A stretch of DNA of 64,000 bases from a virus. The notes beneath the pieces are model-generated. The model saw only the letters and a list, made by a program, of their open reading frames with translations, made no database searches and was not told the DNA's origin. Below, one piece after another: positions 26,054-35,496 of this stretch (positions within the stretch are counted from its first letter, which is position 1; each line of letters opens with the position of its first letter). Where the stretch lies: IMG/VR virus record IMGVR_UViG_3300003690_003472, positions 1-64,000 of that record; one strand, 5' to 3'. A program made the translations under genes and the position numbers.

Positions 26054-27304
26054 GTGAAGTGTAGAATTGGAAATGATGAATTAATAGAAATTCTTTCTTT
26101 GGGAGAGCTATATGTTTCTGATTTTCTTACAGAAGGACAAGAGCATCAATCAAACAAATCAGAAATGAAATTGATGCTATCTAAAGAATCTGGCCTCCTT
26201 CAGTTGGAAAACATAGTGGATCCAGATATTATGTATGGTAAATACTGGTATAGGTCCGGAACAAATACAACAATGAAAAAAGAATTGAAAGACGTTGTCG
26301 AGTCTGTTGTGGGGTCGATACCTTGTGAACATGGAGACATTTTTTTAGATATAGCATGCAATGATGGAACTTTATTCAACTTTATACCAGATGGGTTTAC
26401 AACTATTGGTATTGATCCGTGTGACGATACATATGCAAATGAATCTAGAAAATATGCTAATTATATAGTTCAAGATTACTTCAGCGCGGAATCCTATTGG
26501 AAGGTTTCTGCCAAGAAAGCAAAATTGATTACTACGATTGCGATGTTTTATGATCTAGATGACCCTATATCATTTCTTAAGGATATCGATGAAATTATGG
26601 ATGACGAAGGGTTGTTTGTTTTACAGCTTAGTTATACACCTTTGATGCTGCAGCAGCTAGCTTTTGATAATATATGTCACGAGCATGTTTGCTTTTACTC
26701 TTTATCTTCAATGAAATACCTTCTAGACAAAACTGGTTTTAATATTGTCGATTGTATATTAAATGATGTTAACGGCGGCAGCTTTAGGGTGTATATAAGA
26801 AAAAAGATAGCCACTAAAGAATATTTTAAGACTACACCATATCGTGATGTTGCAAACTTTAGAATTAAAAGTTTATTAGAATATGAAAAAAAATTAAATT
26901 TAAATGATCCCAAAATATATAAAAATTTTTATGGCGATATTCTAAAGTTGAAGGAACAGACGGTATCTTTTATTAAAGAACAAAAGTCAAAAGGCAAAAC
27001 CATATGGGGTTATGGTGCCTCTACGAAGGGCAATACTTTGTTGCAATGGTACGGCCTAGGTTGCGATTTGATTGACGGAATTGCAGAAAGAAATCCCGCA
27101 AAATTTGGATTAAAAACAATTGGTACAAATATTCCAATTCACTCAGAGAAAGAAATGAGATTGGCAAACCCAGATTATTTGTTAGTGTTACCATGGCATT
27201 TCATATATGAATTTTGTGATAGAGAAAAAGAATATTTAGAAAGAGGTGGAAAGTTCATCGTTCCGTGCCCTAAATTTGAGATTATTAGTTTGGAGGAGAC
27301 ATAA
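26054..27304 (+). CDS. NDP-hexose C-methyltransferase-like SAM-dependent enzyme
   Basis: LDIACNDGT, FDNICHEH..FYS, GYGASTKGNTLL and VLPWHF...GG.FIVP.P. Confidence 0.85.
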   Translation: MKCRIGNDELIEILSLGELYVSDFLTEGQEHQSNKSEMKLMLSKESGLLQLENIVDPDIMYGKYWYRSGTNTTMKKELKDVVESVVGSIPCEHGDIFLDIACNDGTLFNFIPDGFTTIGIDPCDDTYANESRKYANYIVQDYFSAESYWKVSAKKAKLITTIAMFYDLDDPISFLKDIDEIMDDEGLFVLQLSYTPLMLQQLAFDNICHEHVCFYSLSSMKYLLDKTGFNIVDCILNDVNGGSFRVYIRKKIATKEYFKTTPYRDVANFRIKSLLEYEKKLNLNDPKIYKNFYGDILKLKEQTVSFIKEQKSKGKTIWGYGASTKGNTLLQWYGLGCDLIDGIAERNPAKFGLKTIGTNIPIHSEKEMRLANPDYLLVLPWHFIYEFCDREKEYLERGGKFIVPCPKFEIISLEET

Positions 27305-27314
27305 AATAAATACA

Positions 27315-28040
27315 GTGTTTTTCAAAGATGAATTAAATTCAGAATTAAAATCTCTTTTAGAAGATAAAAGGGTAGCAGTTGTTGGGCCCGCCCATTATCT
27401 TACCGGTAAATCGCAAGGAAGTATCATTGACGATTATGATATTGTGATTAGGCCCAATCAGTTTGCTGTACCACCACATTTGCACGAGGATTACGGATCA
27501 CGAACAGACGTCATGTTCCATAACTGCGGGACTCCCTGGATGGATGGGTTAAAAGAACAGGTTGCAGAAAATCCCGAAGATTTCAGAGCATTAAAGATGG
27601 TTGTTTGCCCAGTAATTAAAGCAGATCATTCCGAAAATAATTTTATGTCTTGGCCAGATGATCACATTAGTGCTTGTGCATATAATTTTAAAAGTATAAG
27701 CACTGTTACTCCGTTTTATTGGATAGGCGTTAAAAATTACCGCGCGGCTTATAAGCAAATAGGCTGTCAACCATATACTGGGATCATGACGATTTGCACG
27801 GTGTTGCACTATCCAATCCGCGAACTTTATGTTACTGGGTTTGATTTTTATACTGGTGCAAGAGTTTATCATGATGGGTTTTTAAGTTCTTTTGACTTGG
27901 ATTGCGAATCACAGAATTCTGGAGGAAGCCACGGCGGTAACAGCAATCAAGCTCAGATGGTATTTTTAAAAAAACTTTGTAATAAAATAGATATATTATC
28001 TATAGACCACAGCCTTCGTGAAATACTTTCTAAAATATAA
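27315..28040 (+). CDS. GT29 sialyltransferase-like protein
   Basis: Sialylmotif-L-like RVAVVGP......G..IDDYDIVIRPN, S-like PYTG, YVTGFDFY and a C-terminal His. Start uncertain (GTG 27315; track starts at 27246). Confidence 0.7.
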   Translation: MFFKDELNSELKSLLEDKRVAVVGPAHYLTGKSQGSIIDDYDIVIRPNQFAVPPHLHEDYGSRTDVMFHNCGTPWMDGLKEQVAENPEDFRALKMVVCPVIKADHSENNFMSWPDDHISACAYNFKSISTVTPFYWIGVKNYRAAYKQIGCQPYTGIMTICTVLHYPIRELYVTGFDFYTGARVYHDGFLSSFDLDCESQNSGGSHGGNSNQAQMVFLKKLCNKIDILSIDHSLREILSKI

Positions 28041-28050
28041 ATTAATTTAT

Positions 28051-28076
28051 AAAAAGCTGCCAGGCCACCTGGCAGT
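28051..28076 (-). terminator. GC-rich hairpin with a minus-strand U tract (intrinsic terminator-like)
   Basis: CTGCCAGG-CCA-CCTGGCAG is a perfect 8-bp stem, preceded by AAAAA on the + strand. Confidence 0.5.
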
Positions 28077-28176
28077 GACAGCCACCCAACATAGAAATAA
28101 GTAAAAATAACTTTAATTATTTTGTCTCTTGTGGTATCGTGGTGTAGTGTTTATTATCATTTAAGGAGGACACAAG

Positions 28177-29013
28177 GTGAGCAAAATATATGTTATTGCC
28201 GAAATAGGGATTAATCATAATGGTGACATGGATTTAGCTAAACAGCTAATTTCAATAGCCAAAAGCGCCGGTTGCAACGCTGTTAAATTCCAGAAACGAA
28301 CCATAAAAGATGTATATACGGAAAAGGAATTGAATAGGCCTCGGGAAAGCCCATGGGGCACCACGAATAGAGAGCAAAAAGAAGGTTTAGAATTTTCTAT
28401 TGAACAATACAGAAAATTACAAGACTTTTCTGTGAGCCTTGGCCTAGATTTTATTGTTTCATGTTGGGATGTGAATAGCGTAGACTTAATAGAAGAATAT
28501 TTGAATATAAAATATCATAAAGTTGCATCTGCTTCAATTACGGACCATCAATTTCTAAAGAAGTTAAACTTAACAGGAAGGCCAGTCATTCTTTCAACGG
28601 GGATGTCAAATCAAAGACAGGTGGACGCTGCTATGGAAATATTAGATAATGTAGAGTATGTTCTTGCCTGCACTAGCACATATCCCACAAAAGCTGATGA
28701 ATTGAATCTTTCCTATATTAAAACGCTTAAAGGAAGGTTCACGGATTGTAAGGTTGGGTTTTCTAACCACTATAATGGCCATGATGCATGTGTCGCAGCT
28801 GCAGCCCTAGGTGCAGAGTGTATTGAGTTTCATATCACTCATGATAGGGCTGCATATGGTTCGGATCAGTCTGCCTCGATTGAAAATTCTAGCGAACTTG
28901 TGCGAGCAATTAGAAAAGTAGAGATGATGCTTGGAGACGGAATAAAAAAGATCTATAAATCAGAGGTGCCAATTGCTGAAAAATTAAGGAAAATAGATGA
29001 CACCCTATCTTAA
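28177..29013 (+). CDS. neuB: N-acetylneuraminate/nonulosonate synthase family (NeuB/SpsE), lacking the C-terminal SAF domain
   Basis: IAEIGINHNGD, AVKFQKR, KVASA, LSTGMS, STYPT, GFSNH, IEFHIT and GSDQSAS. SD AAGGAGG, GTG start. Confidence 0.9.
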   Translation: MSKIYVIAEIGINHNGDMDLAKQLISIAKSAGCNAVKFQKRTIKDVYTEKELNRPRESPWGTTNREQKEGLEFSIEQYRKLQDFSVSLGLDFIVSCWDVNSVDLIEEYLNIKYHKVASASITDHQFLKKLNLTGRPVILSTGMSNQRQVDAAMEILDNVEYVLACTSTYPTKADELNLSYIKTLKGRFTDCKVGFSNHYNGHDACVAAAALGAECIEFHITHDRAAYGSDQSASIENSSELVRAIRKVEMMLGDGIKKIYKSEVPIAEKLRKIDDTLS

Positions 29014-29683
29014 CGAGCTTAAAGTTATTATTCCTGCACGCGGCGGCAGCAAGGGCGTCCCAAAAAAGAATATACGTTTGTTAGGCGGTCTGCCACTAAT
29101 CGCATACCCTATTTTAGAAGCCAAGAAATGTAAAAACATATCCACAGTTTATGTTTCTACGGATAGTTCTGAAATAGCAGGCACAGCAAAAGAATATGGA
29201 GCAGAAATCATCGAGAGACCGGCGCAATACGCCACAGACGAATCATTGGATATCGATGTTATGAGACACGCAGTAACACACTTGGACGACTTTGGAGATA
29301 TAATACACTTACGTGCAACAACTCCGAATATTTCGGTGCTCTTCATAGATAAGGCGATAGAATATTTTTTAGATAATTCTTCGTGTACATCTTTAAGATC
29401 AGCACACGAGTGCCCTGAAACGGCATACAAATATTTTCAAAAAAATGGAGCATATTGGCAAGGGCTGTTTGATGATCAATTTAAGGGTGAGTATTATAAT
29501 CAGCCGCGCCAGTCTCTTCCAAAAACCTATCATCCCAATGGGTATGTTGATATCATCAAGCCTTCGTGGTTTATGAACGGCGATTCTCTTCATGGTGATA
29601 AAATGTTGGCGTTTGAAACTCCCTATGTTCACGAGGTCGATACAATCGATGATTTTAAGATTTTAGAGGCGCTTTGTGGTTAA
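28997..29683 (+). CDS. neuA: Acylneuraminate cytidylyltransferase (CMP-nonulosonate synthetase)
   Basis: IIPARGGSKGVPKKNIRLLGG.PLI, VSTDS, RQ.LP..Y..NG and VDTIDDF. Confidence 0.9.
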   Translation: MTPYLNELKVIIPARGGSKGVPKKNIRLLGGLPLIAYPILEAKKCKNISTVYVSTDSSEIAGTAKEYGAEIIERPAQYATDESLDIDVMRHAVTHLDDFGDIIHLRATTPNISVLFIDKAIEYFLDNSSCTSLRSAHECPETAYKYFQKNGAYWQGLFDDQFKGEYYNQPRQSLPKTYHPNGYVDIIKPSWFMNGDSLHGDKMLAFETPYVHEVDTIDDFKILEALCG

Positions 29684-30929
29684 GACTAAATACCGCCACA
29701 TAAAAGACAACTTCGTCCTAGGCCCAGACATTTCTGATTTTCACCCAAACGATTATGAATCTAAAAATATAATCTCTCAAATGTCTATTGTGTGGCATCG
29801 CGCTGAAGATTTTAATGTATATGATAAGGAGGGTAATAAGTGGATTGATATGACTTCTGGCATCTTTGTTACCAACTCTGGGCACTCTAATCCAAAAGTT
29901 ATTAAAGCGATAAAAGATCAATTAGATAGACAGCTGTCGTTTTCGTTTATGTATCCAACTGAAATTAGAAAAAAACTTGCTAAGAAGATATTAGGTATAT
30001 CCCCCCAGCACTTTGAAAAAGTGGTTTTTTTAAACACGGGCAGCGAAGCACTAGACAGTGCCTACAAACTTATAAAATATTGGGCTTCAAAAAATAATAA
30101 AAGATATATAGTTTGCTTTGAGGGGAGTTACCACGGCCGCGTTTTAAGTGCAGATTTGATGTCTGGGGGCCCTAACAATTCAAGCTGGTCCGGTGCAAAA
30201 GATGAAGACATAGTATTTTTAAAATTTCCTTATGATTCAAGTACTAAATTTGACCCCTCTTTGCTACCGCCAGCTGGCGAAATTGCAGGCTTTGTTTTAG
30301 AAACCTATCAGGGTTGGAGTTCACAGTTTTATCCACAAGAATATTTTAATGATTTATATAAATTTGCTAAGGATAATGGTTGTTTGATCTGTTTTGATGA
30401 AGTGCAAGCAGGGCTTTATAGAATGGGAAAATTATACGGATATATGACCTATGATGACAAAATAAAACCAGATATTGTTTGCTTGGGTAAAGCGGTGGCA
30501 TCTCCGCTGCCAATGTCTGTTATATTAAGCACAGCAGAATTAATAGACGGGGCGAAGAAAATGGGAGGCACACATTCTGGAAATCCTTTGTGCTGCGCAG
30601 CGGCCATGGCCAATATAGATATTTTAAATGATCCACGTTTTCAAGAAGAACTATCTCATAAGGTGAAAGTATTCGAAAATAGAATGGAGCGCCTTGAAAA
30701 ATATTCTTGCATTGACTATGTTAACGCACGCGGCCTTGTCGGTGCTATACTTTTTTATGATAAAAAAATATCTGATCATGTTGTTGTCAATATGGTTAAA
30801 CAGGGTGTGCTACCAGTGAATACTTGGTCACACTCTATTAAACTTGGCCCCCCGCTGACTATAGCGCCCGAAGCATTAGAGGAAGCATTTGATGTTATAG
30901 AAAAAATTATTTTAGACGTAGGTGAGTAA
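29676..30929 (+). CDS. Class III PLP-dependent aminotransferase
   Basis: NTGSEA, SYHGR, FDEVQAG, LGKA (PLP Lys) and GTHSGNPL. Confidence 0.9.
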   Translation: MVKTKYRHIKDNFVLGPDISDFHPNDYESKNIISQMSIVWHRAEDFNVYDKEGNKWIDMTSGIFVTNSGHSNPKVIKAIKDQLDRQLSFSFMYPTEIRKKLAKKILGISPQHFEKVVFLNTGSEALDSAYKLIKYWASKNNKRYIVCFEGSYHGRVLSADLMSGGPNNSSWSGAKDEDIVFLKFPYDSSTKFDPSLLPPAGEIAGFVLETYQGWSSQFYPQEYFNDLYKFAKDNGCLICFDEVQAGLYRMGKLYGYMTYDDKIKPDIVCLGKAVASPLPMSVILSTAELIDGAKKMGGTHSGNPLCCAAAMANIDILNDPRFQEELSHKVKVFENRMERLEKYSCIDYVNARGLVGAILFYDKKISDHVVVNMVKQGVLPVNTWSHSIKLGPPLTIAPEALEEAFDVIEKIILDVGE

Positions 30930-31633
30930 TGAGTTCAATTTATAATAAAAAATATATTGATATAACATATAAGGGAAAAAAGTCTGATTATCCTGCAAAA
31001 TTTTGCAATGAATTATTTTCCAAACACAAAAAGGGTAGTAAAATATTAGATATAGGCTGTGGTAACGGCGACTTTACTATAGAATTGATAAATATGGGCT
31101 TCGACGTGCAGGGTATTGACATAGGTGAATCAAACTCTTTACAAGATAAATTTAAAAAGGTAGATTTACAAAACGAGTCTTATCCGTATGAAGATGAATC
31201 TTTTGATATTATTTTTACAAAATCAGTTATAGAGCATCTAAGCACGCCCGACTTTTTAGTGGATGAGGCATATCGCCTATTAAAACCTAATGGTGTTTTT
31301 ATATGCCTTACTCCAAGTTGGAAACACTCTTATAAAGAACAATTTTATATAGATCACACACACGTCACTCCTTTTACAAGACATTCTTTAGAGACAATCT
31401 GTGAATTATCAGGATTTAAATCAAAGTGCACTTATTTTTATCAACTGCCGTTGTTGTGGAAATATCCGACACTTGGGGTTTTTAGGTGGATATTAAATTT
31501 ATTTAATTTACCATACAGGCCATTTTCTGAATATGATTTGTGGTCAACCAACTTGAATAAAATAATTAGATTTTCTAGAGAAGCTATGTTGTTGTGTATT
31601 GCAACTAAAGAGAAAATAAATGATAAAACTTAG
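30929..31633 (+). CDS. Class I SAM-dependent methyltransferase
   Basis: ILDIGCGNG, KSVIEHL and LKPNG. Confidence 0.9.
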   Translation: MSSIYNKKYIDITYKGKKSDYPAKFCNELFSKHKKGSKILDIGCGNGDFTIELINMGFDVQGIDIGESNSLQDKFKKVDLQNESYPYEDESFDIIFTKSVIEHLSTPDFLVDEAYRLLKPNGVFICLTPSWKHSYKEQFYIDHTHVTPFTRHSLETICELSGFKSKCTYFYQLPLLWKYPTLGVFRWILNLFNLPYRPFSEYDLWSTNLNKIIRFSREAMLLCIATKEKINDKT

Positions 31634-32066
31634 ACACGTAGGAATAACAACACAAAATATGCAAAAGGCATTGGAATTATATCGAGATATTTTTGGCCTT
31701 GAGGTTGTTTGGGATGAAATTGAAGAAAGTCCCTTTATAGACCGTCTTTCCGGGTTGTTAGATGTTAAAGCGCACACCGTAAAACTAAGAGATGAAAAAG
31801 GCGCAATGATAGAATTATTACACTTTTTGTCACATCCGGACGAAAATTGCGAGGACAACAAGACAAAAATGATCAATAAAATAGGCTGTTCTCATATTGC
31901 CATTACTGTGGAGGATATTGATGTGATGTATGATAAACTAATTAACATCGGCCTTTCTTTTAACAACGAGCCAGAAAGACACCCAGACATTAACGTCCCA
32001 GCGAAAGTTGCATTTTGTAGAGATTTTGATGGAACACTAATCGAAATAGTAGAGGTTACGAAGTAA
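31620..32066 (+). CDS. VOC/glyoxalase-family protein
   Basis: LRHVGI, IELL, SHIAITVEDID and AFCRDFDG.LIEIVE. Confidence 0.85.
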   Translation: MIKLRHVGITTQNMQKALELYRDIFGLEVVWDEIEESPFIDRLSGLLDVKAHTVKLRDEKGAMIELLHFLSHPDENCEDNKTKMINKIGCSHIAITVEDIDVMYDKLINIGLSFNNEPERHPDINVPAKVAFCRDFDGTLIEIVEVTK

Positions 32067-32068
32067 AT

Positions 32069-32167
32069 ATGTTTTCTGTAAAAGGCAAAGTAATAATAGT
32101 AACTGGCTCCTCCGGAGGCATAGGTTCTGCAAAATCTGCATATCAACTGGAGTATGATGTAAAATGA
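32069..32167 (+). pseudogene. Truncated short-chain dehydrogenase remnant (32 aa)
   Basis: Hand translation MFSVKGKVIIVTGSSGGIGSAKSAYQLEYDVK* has an intact TGxxxGIG motif and then stops at the ATGA overlap with the next gene. Confidence 0.75.
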
Positions 32168-32931
32168 AACTAGGGCTGATTCAAGGAAGATTAAGTAAGC
32201 CAATTGAGGGATATCAAGATACCCCTGTTGATTGGAGGAGTGAATTTGATAGAATGAAAATAATTGGTTTAACTCACATGGAGTGGGTAGTAACTAGTAG
32301 ATCTTTTTCTAACAACCCGATATTTTTTGAAAATGTTACTTCATATCCAATTTATTCTATCTGCGCTGATAATCTTGTATCTTCATTAATTGATAACAAA
32401 AACTTCTTGCAACACAATCTCTATCCAATATGCGAAGCAGCGTTAAAAAACAACATTGAATATGTCACTATTCCTCTTTTGGAAGCTTCTTCTTTAGAGT
32501 GTGATCATAAATTAGATATTTTTTGTAAATTATTTCAAACAATTTGTAAAAAATATCATAAACTTAAATTTTCATTAGAAACGGAATTAGCGATTAATAA
32601 GATACCAAAGCTTTTAAACATATCAGATAATATAAGATTAACGTATGACACAGGAAATTCAACAGCGTACGGAATAGATCACAAACTTTATATTAGCAAG
32701 TTTTCAAATGTAATAAATAATGTGCACTTAAAGGATAGAGAATTTTCTGGAGCTTCTGTCACACCAGCAACAGGCGATACAGATTTTGATTTAATATTCA
32801 GCCTTTTAAATGATCATAAGTATTCTAGTATATACACGCTACAAACTGCAAGAGAAGAAGCAGGCAAGGAAGAACAAACAATAAGTAGACATTGCAACAT
32901 TTTAAGGAGTATTTATGCAAAACAAAAGTAA
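32164..32931 (+). CDS. Sugar-phosphate isomerase/epimerase, xylose-isomerase/AP-endonuclease-2 TIM barrel
   Basis: LGLIQGRLS, SLETE, YDTGN, VHLKDR and LQT. Confidence 0.8.
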   Translation: MKLGLIQGRLSKPIEGYQDTPVDWRSEFDRMKIIGLTHMEWVVTSRSFSNNPIFFENVTSYPIYSICADNLVSSLIDNKNFLQHNLYPICEAALKNNIEYVTIPLLEASSLECDHKLDIFCKLFQTICKKYHKLKFSLETELAINKIPKLLNISDNIRLTYDTGNSTAYGIDHKLYISKFSNVINNVHLKDREFSGASVTPATGDTDFDLIFSLLNDHKYSSIYTLQTAREEAGKEEQTISRHCNILRSIYAKQK

Positions 32932-33739
32932 TTTATTTGATTTAACCGGTAAAACCGCAATCGTTACCGGAGCAGGTGGCTTATTAGGGCCAAAGCATGC
33001 TGAAGCGCTATTAGAATATGGAGCCCATGTTGTGCTAACAGATTGGCACGAAGATAGAGTCCAAAAGGTTAGTGAAGAGTTCAATCAGAAATACGGAGAA
33101 GGGAGAACTTCATACTATTATATGGATGTAACTGATAAGCAATCAATTTTAGATGTGGCAAATAAACTAGAAAGAGTTGACATATTGATAAACAATGCGG
33201 CAAAGGATCCAAAGCCAAAGCAGGGCAACGCGCTTTCTCCCGCATCTAGGTTCGAAACAATGACAGAGCAGTTCTGGACAGAGGGAATTGATGCGGCTTT
33301 AAACGGAACTTTTTTATGCTCACAGGCATTTTCTAATAAAATGTTGACACAAGGTGGTGGAGTTATTTTAAACATTTCTTCTGATCTTGGAGTGATAGCA
33401 CCCGATCAGAGAATTTATCGCAAAGAAGGTCTGAAAGAAGAACAACAAAGTGTAAAGCCTATAACTTATTCTGCTGCCAAGTGGGCAATTGTTGGCATGA
33501 CCAAATATCTTGCGGTTTATTTTGCCAAGAAAAACATCAGAGTTAATTGTCTTAGCCCCACTGGTGTAGCCAACGGATATCCAGAGGATTTTGTATCAAA
33601 ATTAACGAATATAATCCCCATGGGTAGAATGGCTGATAGAAATGAATACAAAAGCGCTATAGTTTTTATGTGCTCAGAGGCAAGCTCGTATATGACAGGG
33701 CACAACTTAGTCATGGACGGAGGAAAGACGGTTTGGTAA
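32915..33739 (+). CDS. Short-chain dehydrogenase/reductase (classical)
   Basis: TGAGGLLG, LINNAA, YSAAK and G.NL..DGG. Confidence 0.9.
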   Translation: MQNKSNLFDLTGKTAIVTGAGGLLGPKHAEALLEYGAHVVLTDWHEDRVQKVSEEFNQKYGEGRTSYYYMDVTDKQSILDVANKLERVDILINNAAKDPKPKQGNALSPASRFETMTEQFWTEGIDAALNGTFLCSQAFSNKMLTQGGGVILNISSDLGVIAPDQRIYRKEGLKEEQQSVKPITYSAAKWAIVGMTKYLAVYFAKKNIRVNCLSPTGVANGYPEDFVSKLTNIIPMGRMADRNEYKSAIVFMCSEASSYMTGHNLVMDGGKTVW

Positions 33740-34485
33740 GCATCATAACAGAAATAGGCTTGAATCACTTTGGAAGTGTAAACTTGGCACATCAATACGT
33801 TGATATATTGGTGAAAACAAAGACAGATGGAATCTCTTTTCAAATAAGAGAACCAGAGTTTTACGAAAGACCAGAAAAAAAACATCTATTTCTTTTAGAC
33901 GAAGACTACATAAGCCTATATAACAAGGTTAAAGCAGGTGGAAAAAAATTTGGAGTCGCCATAGCAGACTTAAATAAAGTCGACTTCTTTGAATCTTTGG
34001 GGGCAGATTTTTATAAAATTATCCGCAATGATATGACAAATGATTTACTTGTTAGTAAATTATTATCAACCGGTAAAAAGGTTATAGTTTCAACTGGATT
34101 AAGCACTAGCAAAGATATAGATAATTTTGTTGAAAAATTTAACCATAATAAAAATTTCGTACTTAATCACACGCAGTTATCATATGAAGAGGGCGATTGT
34201 AATTTGAAAGCCATCAAACACTTGAGGCAGAAATATGACGTACCGATTTCTTTTGGAAGTCACTGTTGTAATCACAATGTTTTATATATGTCCCTTTGCT
34301 TTAAACCAACAGATATTTTATTTTATGTAAAAAGGGATGGTAAAATTAAATATCCGGATGATAAACATGCAATACAATTAAAGGATGTGGCTTTAGTATC
34401 AAAAAATATAAAAAATTTATCAAAAGCAGTAGGTACTGGCCAAAAAACAAAAATAGGAAATAAAATAACGGAGATGAAAATATGA
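33733..34485 (+). CDS. Divergent NeuB-like protein
   Basis: IITEIGLNH, IVSTGLS and GSH are retained, but several NeuB motifs are altered. TTG 33733 after SD GGAGG preferred over the track start at 33670. Confidence 0.75.
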   Translation: MVSIITEIGLNHFGSVNLAHQYVDILVKTKTDGISFQIREPEFYERPEKKHLFLLDEDYISLYNKVKAGGKKFGVAIADLNKVDFFESLGADFYKIIRNDMTNDLLVSKLLSTGKKVIVSTGLSTSKDIDNFVEKFNHNKNFVLNHTQLSYEEGDCNLKAIKHLRQKYDVPISFGSHCCNHNVLYMSLCFKPTDILFYVKRDGKIKYPDDKHAIQLKDVALVSKNIKNLSKAVGTGQKTKIGNKITEMKI

Positions 34486-35132
34486 AAAAAGCATTAGTAT
34501 TAGCAGGAAGCCGCGGCATTGGTAAGGGCATCGCCGACTCTTTGGAAAAGCTTGAAGAAGTCGAAGTACTCAGAACTTCTACAAAAAATTTAGACACCTC
34601 TAATATAGACCAAGTTGATGATCTTATAAAAACAAACCCGAAGGTTGACATATTGGTTTTAAATACAGGAGGCCCCCCTGCTCAAAAGTTTGAAGACATT
34701 ACAAAGGAAGATTGTGATAAATATCATAATCAATTATTTTATAGTTTTTTTAAAATTTTACAACAAGTGCACATGAATGATGGGGGTTATGTATTCTTAG
34801 TATCTTCTTATAACGTGAAAGAGCCAAGTGGAAAGCTTTTGTTGTCTAATGCTTATAGGCTAGCCTTTATAAGCGTTTTAAAATGCCTAAGCAAAGATTT
34901 TGCCAAGCGCAACGTAACCACAATAAATATAGCTCCGGGTCCAATAGATACTGATAGGATCCGCGGCCTAGTAGAAGATATCGAAGCCCTTGAAAGTAGA
35001 TTACCAATGGGAAGACTTGGAAGGACGGAGGAAATAGGAAATTTTGTTAAATCAATAATAGAAAATAATATTAAATACTTAACAGGAGTTACTATTAATT
35101 TTGATGGCGCAAAATCAAATTTTCTATTTTAA
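34482..35132 (+). CDS. Atypical SDR (no YxxxK)
   Basis: LAGSRGIG, LNTGGPP, LSNAYR in place of YxxxK, APGPIDT.R and PMGR.G..EE. Confidence 0.85.
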   Translation: MKKALVLAGSRGIGKGIADSLEKLEEVEVLRTSTKNLDTSNIDQVDDLIKTNPKVDILVLNTGGPPAQKFEDITKEDCDKYHNQLFYSFFKILQQVHMNDGGYVFLVSSYNVKEPSGKLLLSNAYRLAFISVLKCLSKDFAKRNVTTINIAPGPIDTDRIRGLVEDIEALESRLPMGRLGRTEEIGNFVKSIIENNIKYLTGVTINFDGAKSNFLF

Positions 35133-35154
35133 AGATGTTGGAGGGGAAACAAGG

Positions 35155-35496
35155 ATGAAGCACGTTGATAAAGGCTGGGGATATGAAAAATGGATTGTAA
35201 ATAAAAAAGAATATTGTGGCAAGCTGCTTTTTTTCGAAAGCGGGAAAAGATGCTCGTGGCATTACCATAAAATTAAGGACGAGGTGTTTTATTTACATAC
35301 TGGAAAAATGATGATATATTACTCAGATAGTGATGATATAACAAAAGCAAATCAAAAAGTACTAAAGCCGGGCGATAACTTCCACGTGTATACCGGATTA
35401 AGACATCAGATGGTAGCGCTTGAAACTTCAGAACTATATGAATTTTCCACTGAACATTTTGATTCCGATAGTTACAGGATTATAAAAGGTGATTGA
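35155..35496 (+). CDS. Cupin-domain protein (mannose-6-P isomerase/lyxose isomerase-like)
   Basis: V.KGWG.E.WI.N...YCGK.L, SWHYH..KDE and H. ATG 35155 after SD GGAGGGG. Confidence 0.8.
   Translation: MKHVDKGWGYEKWIVNKKEYCGKLLFFESGKRCSWHYHKIKDEVFYLHTGKMMIYYSDSDDITKANQKVLKPGDNFHVYTGLRHQMVALETSELYEFSTEHFDSDSYRIIKGD

Noticed and set aside
33670-33732. Track-predicted upstream starts (also 8210, 20844, 27246, 35101)
   Set aside because: They overlap preceding genes extensively or lack an SD. Downstream starts with an SD or a family-typical N-terminus fit better.
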